From: Bacillota bacterium
GTDB taxonomy: Bacteria; Bacillota; Clostridia; Christensenellales; UBA1431
Assembly: GCA_049324235.1 (NCBI GenBank)
Contig: JBMOLJ010000060.1
Coordinates: 135-64,134 of the forward strand
Direction of reading: 5' to 3'
Length of the DNA: 64,000 bases
Shown one piece after another: positions 52,700 through 62,496 of the stretch. The notes below the pieces were generated by a model. That model saw only the letters and a program-made list of their open reading frames with translations, did no database searches and was not told the origin of the DNA. Position 1 is the stretch's first letter, and each line of letters starts with the position of its first letter. The translations under genes were made by a program, and so were the position numbers.

Positions 52700-53964
52700 C
52701 ACGCATCCTCCCCACTGATATCGATCCGCAGCCCATCGGCGCCCGGACATCCTACATGCCTGATGCGCGCATGCACCATTTCGGGCGGGCTGACCACCGC
52801 ATGCCGGTTTGACAGCAGCGTTTCATCCACCGTCCGCGCCGTCACCGCTGCCTGCCGCAGCGGGCGTTTTGCGCGCATATACAGGTCGACGTTCACGTCG
52901 CCCATCCGTACCCTCTGCGGGATTACGTAAAGCACATTATCGCCCGCAGTCACGGCGGCGTATTCCCCGGCGGCCCGCAAGCCGCCTTTGATATAGCTGA
53001 CGGCCCCGCGGGCCGCGCGTTCGCCTGTTGCGGACACATAGTCCACAAGGTCGAAGACCGCCACCGCGTTGCCGGCGGCGAATATTCCCGGGACAGACGT
53101 CATCATGTCTGCGTCCACCACAGGCCCGCGCGTGACAGGGTCCATTTCGATGCCGATCTCCCTGGAAAGCTCGTTCTCGGGAATCAGGCCCACCGAGAGC
53201 ACCAGCATGTCGCAGCCGATCCTCCGCTCCGTCCCCTTTACGGGCCGGAGTTTCTCGTCTGCGCGCGCAACCGTAACGCCCTCCACGCGCTTTTTGCCGT
53301 GGACCTTTACGACCGTATGGCTCAAATGCAGCGGGATGCCGTAATCCTCCAGGCACTGCACGATGTTGCGCGTCAGTCCGCCCGGACTTTGCATCACTTC
53401 GTACACGCCCTCGACTTCGATCCCCTCCAGCGTCATGCGCCGGGCCATGATCAGCCCGATATCGCCCGAGCCCAGGATCACCGCGCGCTTGCCGGGCAGA
53501 TAGCCCTCCATGTTGATGAAGCGCTGCACCACTCCCGCGGTATACACGCCCGCAGGCCGCGTGCCCAGTATGAACGCCTGCGCGCGCGTGCGCTCGCGGC
53601 AGCCCATGCACAAAATGATTGCCCCCGCGTCGATGCATATAAGCCCGTGCGTGCTGTTTACCGCAAAAACTTTCTTTTCCTGTGTGATTTCCAGCGCCAT
53701 CGTATCGGTCAGGACTTCCGCGCCCGCTTTTTCAATTTCATCGATGTATCGCTGGGCATACTGGCACCCGGACATCCGCTCGCCGAATTTTAACAGCCCG
53801 AAGCCGTCGTGGATGCACTGCTGCAGGATGCCGCCCAGCTCAAAATCGCGCTCAATGATCAGCGTTTTTGCGCCCAGCTTCCTTGCTTCCAGCGCAGCCG
53901 CAAGCCCGGCCGGCCCGCCGCCGATCACAGCGACGTCCGTTTTTATCGTTTTCATCTGGCGCAC
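52699..53964 (-). CDS. NAD(P)/FAD-dependent pyridine nucleotide-disulfide-type oxidoreductase
   Basis: Two dinucleotide-binding motifs (VAVIGGGPAGLAAA and AVILGSGDIGL). Confidence 0.85.
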   Translation of the reverse strand: MRQMKTIKTDVAVIGGGPAGLAAALEARKLGAKTLIIERDFELGGILQQCIHDGFGLLKFGERMSGCQYAQRYIDEIEKAGAEVLTDTMALEITQEKKVFAVNSTHGLICIDAGAIILCMGCRERTRAQAFILGTRPAGVYTAGVVQRFINMEGYLPGKRAVILGSGDIGLIMARRMTLEGIEVEGVYEVMQSPGGLTRNIVQCLEDYGIPLHLSHTVVKVHGKKRVEGVTVARADEKLRPVKGTERRIGCDMLVLSVGLIPENELSREIGIEMDPVTRGPVVDADMMTSVPGIFAAGNAVAVFDLVDYVSATGERAARGAVSYIKGGLRAAGEYAAVTAGDNVLYVIPQRVRMGDVNVDLYMRAKRPLRQAAVTARTVDETLLSNRHAVVSPPEMVHARIRHVGCPGADGLRIDISGEDA

Positions 53965-55673
53965 ACCTCCTTGGGAGGCAGGGGCCTGGAAGGCGCGCTC
54001 AAAAGTTCGGAGCCTCTCCCGTCTTTTGTAACCTGCTCAGGGGGAACGCCCAGTTCGCGCGCAAGTATCGCGAGCACGCGCGGCCCGCAAAATCCGCCCT
54101 GGCACCGCCCCATGCCCGCGCGCGTGCGCCTTTTCACGGCGTCCATGGTGCGCGCGGGAATCTTCCCGCGGATGGCATTTACAATCTCGGCCTCGGTCAC
54201 CGTTTCGCAGCGGCATATGATGTGGCCATATCTTGGGTCTTGTTTGATCAGCGCCTCGCGCTCTTCGTTCGTGCAGTGCCTGAACTCTTTGGGCGGCGTG
54301 CGGTACGGATTATAATCCGGCTTTTGCTTGACGTCAGGATGCATCTTTAAAAATATTTCCTCCACCAGATCCGCCACCGCCGGGGCCGAAGCCACGGCCG
54401 GCGACTGCATCCCCGCCACGTGGATGAACCGTTCGACCTTGCGCGAAGGCTCGATGATGAAGTCCTCCTTATAGGTACTCGCCCGCGTACCGCTGAAAAA
54501 TGTGATCACGTCGCCGCGCGTAAAACCGCGTGTGAGCTTGAAGCCCTTGTCCAGTATGAAGTCTACGTCGTCGGCGTCCACCGCGTAGTCCTCCTTATCG
54601 GGCACTTCGATCGCCGACGGGCCCCAGAGCGGATTGCCCTCCGGCGTTTCGGTCGGACCGCCGCCCTTGGTATGGTTGGCAGGCGTCGTTCCCACGAACT
54701 GGACCAGCCTGCCTTTCAGGTTTTTATCGAATATCACCAGCGTGCCCCGCCGCGGATGGATAGTGAAGAACTCGTCCCCCCCCATCGCCGCAATCTCGTC
54801 GGCATATATTCCCGCCGCGTTGATGATGGTATTTGCCTCGATTACGCCCCGGTTTGTAACCACCCGGTGGGGCTCTCCTGTGTCTATGGCCGCCACCTCG
54901 GTTTCAAGCATGATCCGCACGCCGTTGTCAACAGCGTTTTCGGCAAGGGCCAGCGTCACCTCCTGCGGCTCCACATAGCCCGCCGACGGCGTCCATAATG
55001 CAAACTGTATCTCGTCGCTCAGATAGGGCGCGATCTCGCGCGCTCTTTCGCCCGAAATGATCTCGATGCCAGGCACGCCGTTCTTTTTGCCGTTTTCAAG
55101 GAAATACTCCATATGCTTGCGGTCGTTTTCGTCGAATCCGGCTACGAAAGAACCCGTCCGGCAAAACTTGAAACCGAGCTCGCGCGCCCATCTGTCGTAT
55201 TTGGCGTTCCCTTCCACATTGAGCCGTGCCTTTAAGGTGCCGTGTTTGGAATCATACCCCGAATGGACCATGCCGTTGTTGGATTTCGTGTTGCCTTCCC
55301 CGATGTCCGTACATTTTTCCACCACCAGTATGCTCTGCCGGTACTTTGCAAGCTGCCGCGCCGCAGCGCAGCCCGTGATGCCGCCCCCTATGACGAGCAC
55401 ATCCACCCGCTCAATCACGCCGATGCCGCGGCCCGCTTCGATCAGATGCGTTCGGTCATGCTCCGGCGGGTTTTCGTTAAGCGCGCGCATATGGCTAACC
55501 ACATTGCGCACCCCGGGTACCGAAGCCGCGAGATGCCCGACGGCGACCACGTCCTCCCAGGCCTGCGCCGTGCCGAAGAGCCAGAGGATATCCCCGTCCT
55601 TTACTTCCGCCCGCACATCGTACCCTTTCAACCGTTCATGTTCATGCAAACGCCTGTAAAACGTTTCCACCAT
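53952..55673 (-). CDS. FAD-dependent glycerol-3-phosphate dehydrogenase-like oxidoreductase with C-terminal BFD-like [2Fe-2S] domain and N-terminal BON-like extension
   Basis: DAO-type VLVIGGGITGCAAA and the BFD motif ICRCETV...GMGRCQGGFC. About 85 extra N-terminal residues fit the BON pattern. Confidence 0.8.
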   Translation of the reverse strand: MVETFYRRLHEHERLKGYDVRAEVKDGDILWLFGTAQAWEDVVAVGHLAASVPGVRNVVSHMRALNENPPEHDRTHLIEAGRGIGVIERVDVLVIGGGITGCAAARQLAKYRQSILVVEKCTDIGEGNTKSNNGMVHSGYDSKHGTLKARLNVEGNAKYDRWARELGFKFCRTGSFVAGFDENDRKHMEYFLENGKKNGVPGIEIISGERAREIAPYLSDEIQFALWTPSAGYVEPQEVTLALAENAVDNGVRIMLETEVAAIDTGEPHRVVTNRGVIEANTIINAAGIYADEIAAMGGDEFFTIHPRRGTLVIFDKNLKGRLVQFVGTTPANHTKGGGPTETPEGNPLWGPSAIEVPDKEDYAVDADDVDFILDKGFKLTRGFTRGDVITFFSGTRASTYKEDFIIEPSRKVERFIHVAGMQSPAVASAPAVADLVEEIFLKMHPDVKQKPDYNPYRTPPKEFRHCTNEEREALIKQDPRYGHIICRCETVTEAEIVNAIRGKIPARTMDAVKRRTRAGMGRCQGGFCGPRVLAILARELGVPPEQVTKDGRGSELLSAPSRPLPPKEVCAR

Positions 55674-55749
55674 GTTCGTTTCCCTCCCAACACCGGGGCC
55701 TTTGCCGGAGAGAACCGCTTCTCTCCGGCAAGCCCGCCGGACAGTTCAG

Positions 55750-57237
55750 CTATGCAAGCCAGTTCTTACTGCGCTCCACCGCGTTTTTCCATGCACTGTA
55801 GATCTCATTGCGCTTTGCTTCGTCCATCTGCGGGGTGAACACGCTGTCACTGACCACCGCGTTATCAAAGTCGGATTCCTGCCACATCCCGACGGCAAGT
55901 CCGGCCATCTGCGCCGCGCCAAGGCTTGTGGCCTCCACTGAGCTCGGGCGCTCCACGGTACAATCAATGAAATCGGCGAACATCTGGGCCAGCAGGTTGT
56001 TCTTAGACGCGCCGCCGTCGATCTTGATGCTCTGCATCCTGATGCCGGTCTGTGCGGCCACAGTCTCGGTAATGTCCTTGGTGCGGAGCGCTATGGCTTC
56101 GAGCGCCGCACGCACGATGTGTGCGCGCGTCGTACCGCGCGTGATGCCGATGATAAGGCCGCGCGCGAAAGGATCCCAGAAGGGCGCGCCCAGCCCGGTC
56201 AGCGCGGGCACGAAATACACGCCGTTGGTGTCGGGCACGCTGGAAGCGATGGCTTCGGTTTCCGGCGCGGATTTGATGATTTCCAGCCCGTCGCGCAGCC
56301 ACTGGATTGCCGAACCCGTCACGTTCACATACCCTTCCACCGCGTACATCATCCTTCCGCCGATGCACCAGGCGATTACCGTGTTGATGCCGCCTTCCCT
56401 GGTGGAGCAGGTCTCTCCGATGTTGATGTCCAGGAACGTTCCGGTGCCGTTGGTGCACTTGGCCTGTCCGGCGCTGCGGCAGCCCTGCGCGTACAGCGCC
56501 GAATGCTGGTCGGCTATGTCGGCCGTGATTTTGATGGGCGCCCCGAATATCCCGGGCAGCGTGGAGCCGAAATCGCCCGAGTCCTCGCGCACCTCAGGAT
56601 AGATGCTCACCGGAACGCCGAGGAAATCAAGAAATTCTTTGTACCATTCATTGGCGTACAGGTCGTAGCTTCCCATCACCGATGCGTTCGAATAACTCGT
56701 CGCGTGCACGGCCCCTCCGGTCAGCTTCCAGATAAGCCACGTGTCGATGGTGCCGAAAAGGGCCGTGCCTTTTTCGATGGCGTCCTTGATCTCCGGCACG
56801 TTCTCGATCATCCAGTTGAGCATGAGCGAGGAATACACCGGCGCGACGGTCCAGCCCGTGGCCTTGCGCGCCTTCTCGCCCCATTCGCTCCCGTTGATGG
56901 CGCGGCACTTCTCGGCGGTGCGCGAATCCTGCCACACGATGGCCCTGTACAAAGGCTTGCCCGTGTTTTTGTCCCACACCACGCTGGTGGCGCGCTGGTT
57001 GGTGATGCCGACCGCCGCGATGTCCTCCGCGCTCAGGCCTGCCTGTTCCAGCGCGTTTTTACACATCCTGATGGTCTTGTCGTAGATTTCCTCGGCGTCG
57101 TGCTCTACCCTGTCCTCGGCGGGCGTGTACTGCGTGAATTCTTCATAGCTCTGGGATACAATCTCAAAGCTGCGGTTGAAAATAAGCGCCCTGGTGCCCG
57201 TTGTCCCCTCGTCGATAACCAATACGTACTGTTTCAT
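55750..57237 (-). CDS. glpK: Glycerol kinase (FGGY family)
   Basis: IDEGTTGTRA, and GGASKNNLLAQMFADFIDCTVERP close to the GlpK C-terminal signature. GAAGGAGG RBS before the ATG at 57237. Sits in glpP and G3P-dehydrogenase context. Confidence 0.85.
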   Translation of the reverse strand: MKQYVLVIDEGTTGTRALIFNRSFEIVSQSYEEFTQYTPAEDRVEHDAEEIYDKTIRMCKNALEQAGLSAEDIAAVGITNQRATSVVWDKNTGKPLYRAIVWQDSRTAEKCRAINGSEWGEKARKATGWTVAPVYSSLMLNWMIENVPEIKDAIEKGTALFGTIDTWLIWKLTGGAVHATSYSNASVMGSYDLYANEWYKEFLDFLGVPVSIYPEVREDSGDFGSTLPGIFGAPIKITADIADQHSALYAQGCRSAGQAKCTNGTGTFLDINIGETCSTREGGINTVIAWCIGGRMMYAVEGYVNVTGSAIQWLRDGLEIIKSAPETEAIASSVPDTNGVYFVPALTGLGAPFWDPFARGLIIGITRGTTRAHIVRAALEAIALRTKDITETVAAQTGIRMQSIKIDGGASKNNLLAQMFADFIDCTVERPSSVEATSLGAAQMAGLAVGMWQESDFDNAVVSDSVFTPQMDEAKRNEIYSAWKNAVERSKNWLA

Positions 57238-57354
57238 AGGAACCTCCTTCTTCAGCGCCGGACTCTTTGCCCTTTCAGCGCCATTGATGTTTTTATTAGC
57301 GTGGATAAACGGCCTTGGTTTATCCATAAATTTCCGTTTCTTAGGAATAAGGGG

Positions 57355-57404
57355 AAAACAAAAAGCCATACAAAAGAAATGTCTAAGCATTCTTTCATAT
57401 GGCT
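57355..57404 (-). terminator. Leader terminator between glpP and glpK (candidate GlpP antitermination target)
   Basis: On the minus strand: AGCCATA...TATGGCT with inner AAGAA/TTCTT pairing, followed by TTTTGTTTT, about 120 nt upstream of the glpK start. Confidence 0.6.
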
Positions 57405-57459
57405 CCAAAATCCACCCATTAGAAACGATATACTCTAAGGATTAAGCTATTCAGTTTTA

Positions 57460-57519
57460 GGCTGTGGTCCCCCGCAAAGCCCTTCCCTGGCAACTCCACG
57501 GAGTTTGCTCCGACGCGTT
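57460..57519. repeat. Family-B repeat fragment abutting the glpP stop codon
   Basis: CCCGCAAAGCCCTTCCCTGGCAACTCCACGGAGTTTGCTCCGACG shares modules with 40461-40487 and 40572-40592. Confidence 0.65.
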
Positions 57520-58104
57520 TCAGGTATCGTTCCACAATTCGCGCGCCGAAGTGGTTACCCCGAGTGCGCCCGCTTTCAGCGCAGCCATCACGTGTTCCCT
57601 GGTATACACCATGCCCGCCGTGATCACGGGTGCGTCCAAACGCTCGCAGAGCTTCGTGATGTATTCAGGAATACGGCCGGGCATGACCTCCACCATGTCG
57701 GGCTTGTAGCTCTTGATGATCTCGATGTTGTTCTCAAAAGCAACCGAATCTACCAATATAGTGCGCTGGATGGTAAGCAGGCCTTCCTCGCGCGCCAATT
57801 TCAGCACGTGTCCGTGCGTGGAGATGATCCCCTGCGCACCCAGCTTTTGCGCGATGTACCGGATGCCGAATTCATCCCGCGCCACGCCCTTGACCAAATC
57901 CATGTGTACGAAAAACAGTTTCCCGCTTTGGATAATGGCCGGTACGTCGCGCTCCATGTCGAATACGCTGCCCCGCACAAACGTGATAATGTTGGCCGCT
58001 GAATCAATCGCAGCGCGTATCACTTCCGAATGCGGCTCGGGCGTGCTGTACACCGTCGCAATGATGGGATAGTCGGCAAGCGCGCGATGGACTCTACTTA
58101 GCAC
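57520..58104 (-). CDS. glpP: Glycerol-3-phosphate-responsive antiterminator
   Basis: 194 aa, collinear with the GlpP family (PIIATV, FVHMDLVKGV, ISTHGHVLKLA, VMPG). Confidence 0.85.
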   Translation of the reverse strand: MLSRVHRALADYPIIATVYSTPEPHSEVIRAAIDSAANIITFVRGSVFDMERDVPAIIQSGKLFFVHMDLVKGVARDEFGIRYIAQKLGAQGIISTHGHVLKLAREEGLLTIQRTILVDSVAFENNIEIIKSYKPDMVEVMPGRIPEYITKLCERLDAPVITAGMVYTREHVMAALKAGALGVTTSARELWNDT

Positions 58105-58282
58105 GGCAATCTTCCCTTACATATAACCATCTCGTTAAGGGTATTGTACATTTACCATGGAAATTGCGCAAGCCCGAAAATTTTGGTTTTTTTAACAGGC
58201 GTAATCCGTTTACTCTCATCGCGGCGAAGACCCTGCACGCATACTTTTGCCGGCGTACACATTTTAGATTTTTCACAATGTG

Positions 58283-59578
58283 TTAAATCACCGACGCCTC
58301 CAGCAGGACACCCTCATTTTGATTATAGATCGTATTGAACTGCTCTGTACCGATGGGCTTGACGCCGCGGCCGACCTCGAAGGTATACCCGGGCCTTCTG
58401 TATTCTTGTATGAACCAGTCCTTGTAACCGCCAAAGGACGCTTCGGGCGGATTGGTCAGCACGGCATACCCGTTTATCCGGGAAAAACGCTCCGCTATCG
58501 GCAGGGCTTCGGGCGGCGCGAGATCGAGGTACTGCCAGAAAATAACCTCTCCCTGCGTGTGGAATGCTATCGCCAGCGTGAAGCTATGTCGGCGGGTAAA
58601 CTCGGCCATAGCGAGCGTCTCCGGCTCGGAAAGGGGGGCGGGGCCGCCGTAATTCGCCGGGCCGGGGCCAGTGGTCCCAAGAGACCGCTCATACTCTACG
58701 CCCCGCTCCCAACCAGCCGGATAATTCAGATTCAGATCGGTTCCCCGGATATTCGCCTTCCACACCCGCGGGATGGGTTGGCCGGTGCGGTTTAGACTAA
58801 CCGCATTCCGGTAATACGGATTATCGGGGCTTATGGCTCCCAGTACAAGATCCACGCCGTCGGGGTTGACCATGGGTACGATATACATGCTGCTCCGGTT
58901 CCAGAGCGCGGCAATATCGTAGCCACGGATGCTGGCCCTGCTTACATAGGCTTTGAGGAAGTTTTCGATGAACTTCATCAAAAACGGACTGGTGATCCAC
59001 TCGTTGGCGTGATGGGAGCCGTTGTAGGAGACTTCGTGGGAGCCGGCGCCAAGCCGTATGTAGTATATATTCTTTCCCATGACGCTTTTGCCTATGACGC
59101 CGGTCTCCAAAAAGGGGTGCCTCGCCTTAAGCGCCCGGATATTCATTTCCATGATATCGTATGTATAATCAATGTCGGTGAAAACAACGTCAATTCCGTA
59201 AGGAACCACAACGGTCTGCCCGATTTGCAGGAAATTGGGATCCACGCCGGGGTTGGCGGTGATAATGGCGTTGACGGTCGTGTAGAATCTTCGGGCTAGG
59301 GAGGTATATGTGTCCCCGGGACGCACGGTGTAGTTCGCGTATCCCCTTAAGATAGTATTGAACGCCCTCCAGGTCGCCGGTCCAACGATGCCATCCGGCG
59401 TCAATCCGTTGTTCATTTGGAATGCTATAACGGCCTGCCGGGTTTGGGAACCGAATACCCCGTCCACCGGACCGGAATCGTAGCCTATCCGTTTGAGCAG
59501 GCTCTGTACAAGCTTTACATAGGGGCCTCGAGACCCCGTATACAAGGTTTCCATCATTTCCACTCCGTTTTTTTTCAT
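58283..59578 (-). CDS. Cell-wall peptidase: PG_binding_1 plus LysM plus M14 carboxypeptidase (gamma-D-glutamyl-meso-DAP peptidase-like)
   Basis: PG-binding repeat VDGVFGSQTRQAVIAFQ, LysM YTVRPGDTYTSLA, and M14 Zn motif GSHHANEW. Confidence 0.85.
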   Translation of the reverse strand: MKKNGVEMMETLYTGSRGPYVKLVQSLLKRIGYDSGPVDGVFGSQTRQAVIAFQMNNGLTPDGIVGPATWRAFNTILRGYANYTVRPGDTYTSLARRFYTTVNAIITANPGVDPNFLQIGQTVVVPYGIDVVFTDIDYTYDIMEMNIRALKARHPFLETGVIGKSVMGKNIYYIRLGAGSHEVSYNGSHHANEWITSPFLMKFIENFLKAYVSRASIRGYDIAALWNRSSMYIVPMVNPDGVDLVLGAISPDNPYYRNAVSLNRTGQPIPRVWKANIRGTDLNLNYPAGWERGVEYERSLGTTGPGPANYGGPAPLSEPETLAMAEFTRRHSFTLAIAFHTQGEVIFWQYLDLAPPEALPIAERFSRINGYAVLTNPPEASFGGYKDWFIQEYRRPGYTFEVGRGVKPIGTEQFNTIYNQNEGVLLEASVI

Positions 59579-59874
59579 TCTATGGAAGTGGCTGTAAAAT
59601 GGTTCGGCATCTCACTTAGCCCCTATAAAAAATGCACCTCTTTTCGCGCCGATTTGGTAAATTATGTTACCTGATTACGCTGAATATTTCATGTTGATAT
59701 ACGTATTGTCTGTTAAACAAACTTTGCATCCGCCCGAAAGGAAGGGACGCAAAGTCCAGGGCCTTCCCGTACATATCACGGATGGCAACCGGTTGCCGAA
59801 GGGGAAGTTTTTATGTTGTTTCCACAACACAAGAACCACCTTTTACAAATTTAGATAATAAGAGGTTGGTATGG

Positions 59875-61632
59875 ATGAAAAGAATCCAAAATATCCTTCT
59901 CGTTCTGATCGCATTCTTCGTGTTTTCGGTTGGAACAACAAACGTACAGGCGGCCACAGACCGAACACCGCCCACAAAACCCACAGGCCTTGCTGTCTCA
60001 TCCGTAACCCAGACAACGGTTAAACTGCGGTGGACGGCCTCCAGGGACAACACCGGCGTCTATTCTTACAGAATATACCGCAATAATAAATATATCGGCT
60101 CCACTAAATCGACAGTCTATACGGTCAAGGGGCTTACCTCCGGTAAATCGTATGCGTTCTATGTAAAAGCAACCGACAAAAGAAAAAACTATTCAAAGCC
60201 CAGCGCAACCATCCGTGTGCAAACTCTGCCCAAAAATAATGCAGCGCCTGCCTCCTCGGCAAGTAAGACGGGCACTACGGGTACCTCCAAAAAGGATACG
60301 CAAGCCCCGACCGCGCCAACAAGCCTTTCCGTTGCTTCCGTGAACGCCGATTCGGCAAGCCTTACATGGAAGCCTTCGACCGATAATGTCAGTGTCGCCG
60401 CCTATCTGGTGTACAGGAACAGCGTAAACATCGAGTCCGTTTCGGGTACAAGCTATAGCGCAACGGGCCTGACACCCTCGACATCCTACTCCTTCTGTGT
60501 AAAGGCCCGCGACGCTGCGGGCAATTTGTCCCCTGCCAGCAATACGGTGACGTTCAAAACGGCAGCCATACCCCCAATCGGCAGAATCATCGCCGGATAT
60601 TACGCGTCATGGGCTGCCTACTCAGGATATACGCCCGATAAAATCCCGGCGGCGCAACTGACCCATATTACCTATGCCTTTGCTAATATCGACGATAACC
60701 TGAAAGTTGAAATGGGCGATCCCTATGTGGATGCGTCAAATTTTACAAAACTGAACGCACTGAAGAAGCTCTATCCCAACATCAAAACGCTCATTTCTGT
60801 CGGCGGCTGGGACTGGTCGGGCAAGTTCTCGGACGCGGCGCTGACCGATGCAAGCCGCACGGCTTTTGCAGACAGCGCGGTTGCCTTTATCAAGCAATAC
60901 GGCTTCGACGGCGTGGATATCGACTGGGAGTATCCCTGCGGGGGCGGGCTTGCCGCCAATACCGCAAGGCCAGAGGATAAGCATAATTTTACGCTTCTCA
61001 TGATGAAGCTGCGCGAGAAGCTGGACGTACAAGGCGCTGTCGACGGGAGACATTACCTGCTCACTTTTGCTGGGGGGGCCGGAACCGGCTATGCCGCAAA
61101 CACCGAGCTTTCGCTGCTGGCAGGGTATGTCGATTTCGCTACCGTCATGACCTATGATATACACGGCACATGGGATAATTATACGGATTTCAACGCGCCG
61201 CTCCACACGCCTTCCGAGCCGTCTCCGCAATACAAATGGAGCGTGGATGCGGCCATCAAACTCTGGCAGTCCAAGGGTTTCCCTGCATCCAAAACCGTCA
61301 TGGGGGTGCCGTTCTACGGATACAGGTATACCGGAGTAGCCACCGCCAACAACGGACTATACCAGCGCTTTACCGGCGGCGCTTCCATTTCCTATGACGC
61401 GATCGTATCCTCGTATCTCAACAATTCGTCGTATATACGGCGGTACCATACGGACGCGCGCGTGCCCTGGCTGCTGGGCGGCTCCACGTTCATCTCGTAT
61501 GACGACCCGCAGTCCATCGCCGAAAAGGCGGCGTACATCAATTCCGGCGGGATCGCGGGCGCAGCCATATGGGAGCTTTCCTGCAACACGAACGGCACGC
61601 TGCTAAGCGCGCTGTATAACGGTTTGAAATAG
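59875..61632 (+). CDS. Secreted GH18 glycoside hydrolase (chitinase-like) with two FN3 domains
   Basis: Signal peptide from MKRIQNILLV. Two FN3 repeats (PTxLxVxSVT...W). Catalytic motif DGVDIDWEYP. Confidence 0.88.
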   Translation: MKRIQNILLVLIAFFVFSVGTTNVQAATDRTPPTKPTGLAVSSVTQTTVKLRWTASRDNTGVYSYRIYRNNKYIGSTKSTVYTVKGLTSGKSYAFYVKATDKRKNYSKPSATIRVQTLPKNNAAPASSASKTGTTGTSKKDTQAPTAPTSLSVASVNADSASLTWKPSTDNVSVAAYLVYRNSVNIESVSGTSYSATGLTPSTSYSFCVKARDAAGNLSPASNTVTFKTAAIPPIGRIIAGYYASWAAYSGYTPDKIPAAQLTHITYAFANIDDNLKVEMGDPYVDASNFTKLNALKKLYPNIKTLISVGGWDWSGKFSDAALTDASRTAFADSAVAFIKQYGFDGVDIDWEYPCGGGLAANTARPEDKHNFTLLMMKLREKLDVQGAVDGRHYLLTFAGGAGTGYAANTELSLLAGYVDFATVMTYDIHGTWDNYTDFNAPLHTPSEPSPQYKWSVDAAIKLWQSKGFPASKTVMGVPFYGYRYTGVATANNGLYQRFTGGASISYDAIVSSYLNNSSYIRRYHTDARVPWLLGGSTFISYDDPQSIAEKAAYINSGGIAGAAIWELSCNTNGTLLSALYNGLK

Positions 61633-61701
61633 GATTATTCTGTGGGTTTGAGCGTGGCAATACCGCTTCGCAGCATGGGAGGGCGGGAAATCCCCCGCCC
61701 T

Positions 61702-62328
61702 CTATAGATTATAATCACCCTGAATTGTAAGCCACCAGCCCGCACCGTCTTTTGAACATGAACTGAATATGAGGTAAATATCTCCAGCTTCATATACTAA
61801 ATCATAGTAATTATTCTCAGCAACCGGTATAATTTCTGTTTTCCCCGGACCGAGCAGCTTTTGAATCTGTGTGTAATTCATGTCCTCCTTGATACCATTT
61901 AATGCGATTTTTTCATGATCACATTCAACCATCGTTAATGGGGCTTCATCAAGTTTATAATCGTAATCATTGTAAACAAAAGTGATTCCGAGTTTCGCAT
62001 AATGGTATCCTTCCCAGGAATTTTCAGCTCCGGTCATGACTTTTTCATAATCATTTCCCAGCTTTTTGATTAACTCGGGGTACTTCAGTTCAAAAAAGCT
62101 CTCACAATCCGATACTTTAATTCCGCTTGTCATGATTACCGTATCCCGGGTAAGCTTAAATTTACCGGTTGTGGCGGGTATATTTATTTGGGCGGGCGTG
62201 CTCGTAGTGGTAATTACAGCCGTACTTATGGCATCTGTCACCGCGGGCGTGTTCATCGCCGGTTGCGCGTTGCAACCGGTCAGAGACACCACAACAATAA
62301 GCACTATCAAAAACGAAAATTTCTTCAT
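61702..62328 (-). CDS. Lipoprotein of unknown function
   Basis: Signal peptide with lipobox SLTGC and a Thr-rich linker. Confidence 0.7.
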   Translation of the reverse strand: MKKFSFLIVLIVVVSLTGCNAQPAMNTPAVTDAISTAVITTTSTPAQINIPATTGKFKLTRDTVIMTSGIKVSDCESFFELKYPELIKKLGNDYEKVMTGAENSWEGYHYAKLGITFVYNDYDYKLDEAPLTMVECDHEKIALNGIKEDMNYTQIQKLLGPGKTEIIPVAENNYYDLVYEAGDIYLIFSSCSKDGAGWWLTIQGDYNL

Positions 62329-62496
62329 TCTCTGTCCCCCCGTTTATACCATGTTCAACCAAATTATACCAAAACACAGGGCTTTTTGCCGCAACAATTA
62401 TCATCTGGACGGGATGAATACAAAAAACTATAATAGCACTATACCCCGAATATAACGTTACCGCATTAAGTTAGACCCTGAGAGGAATGAAAACGG

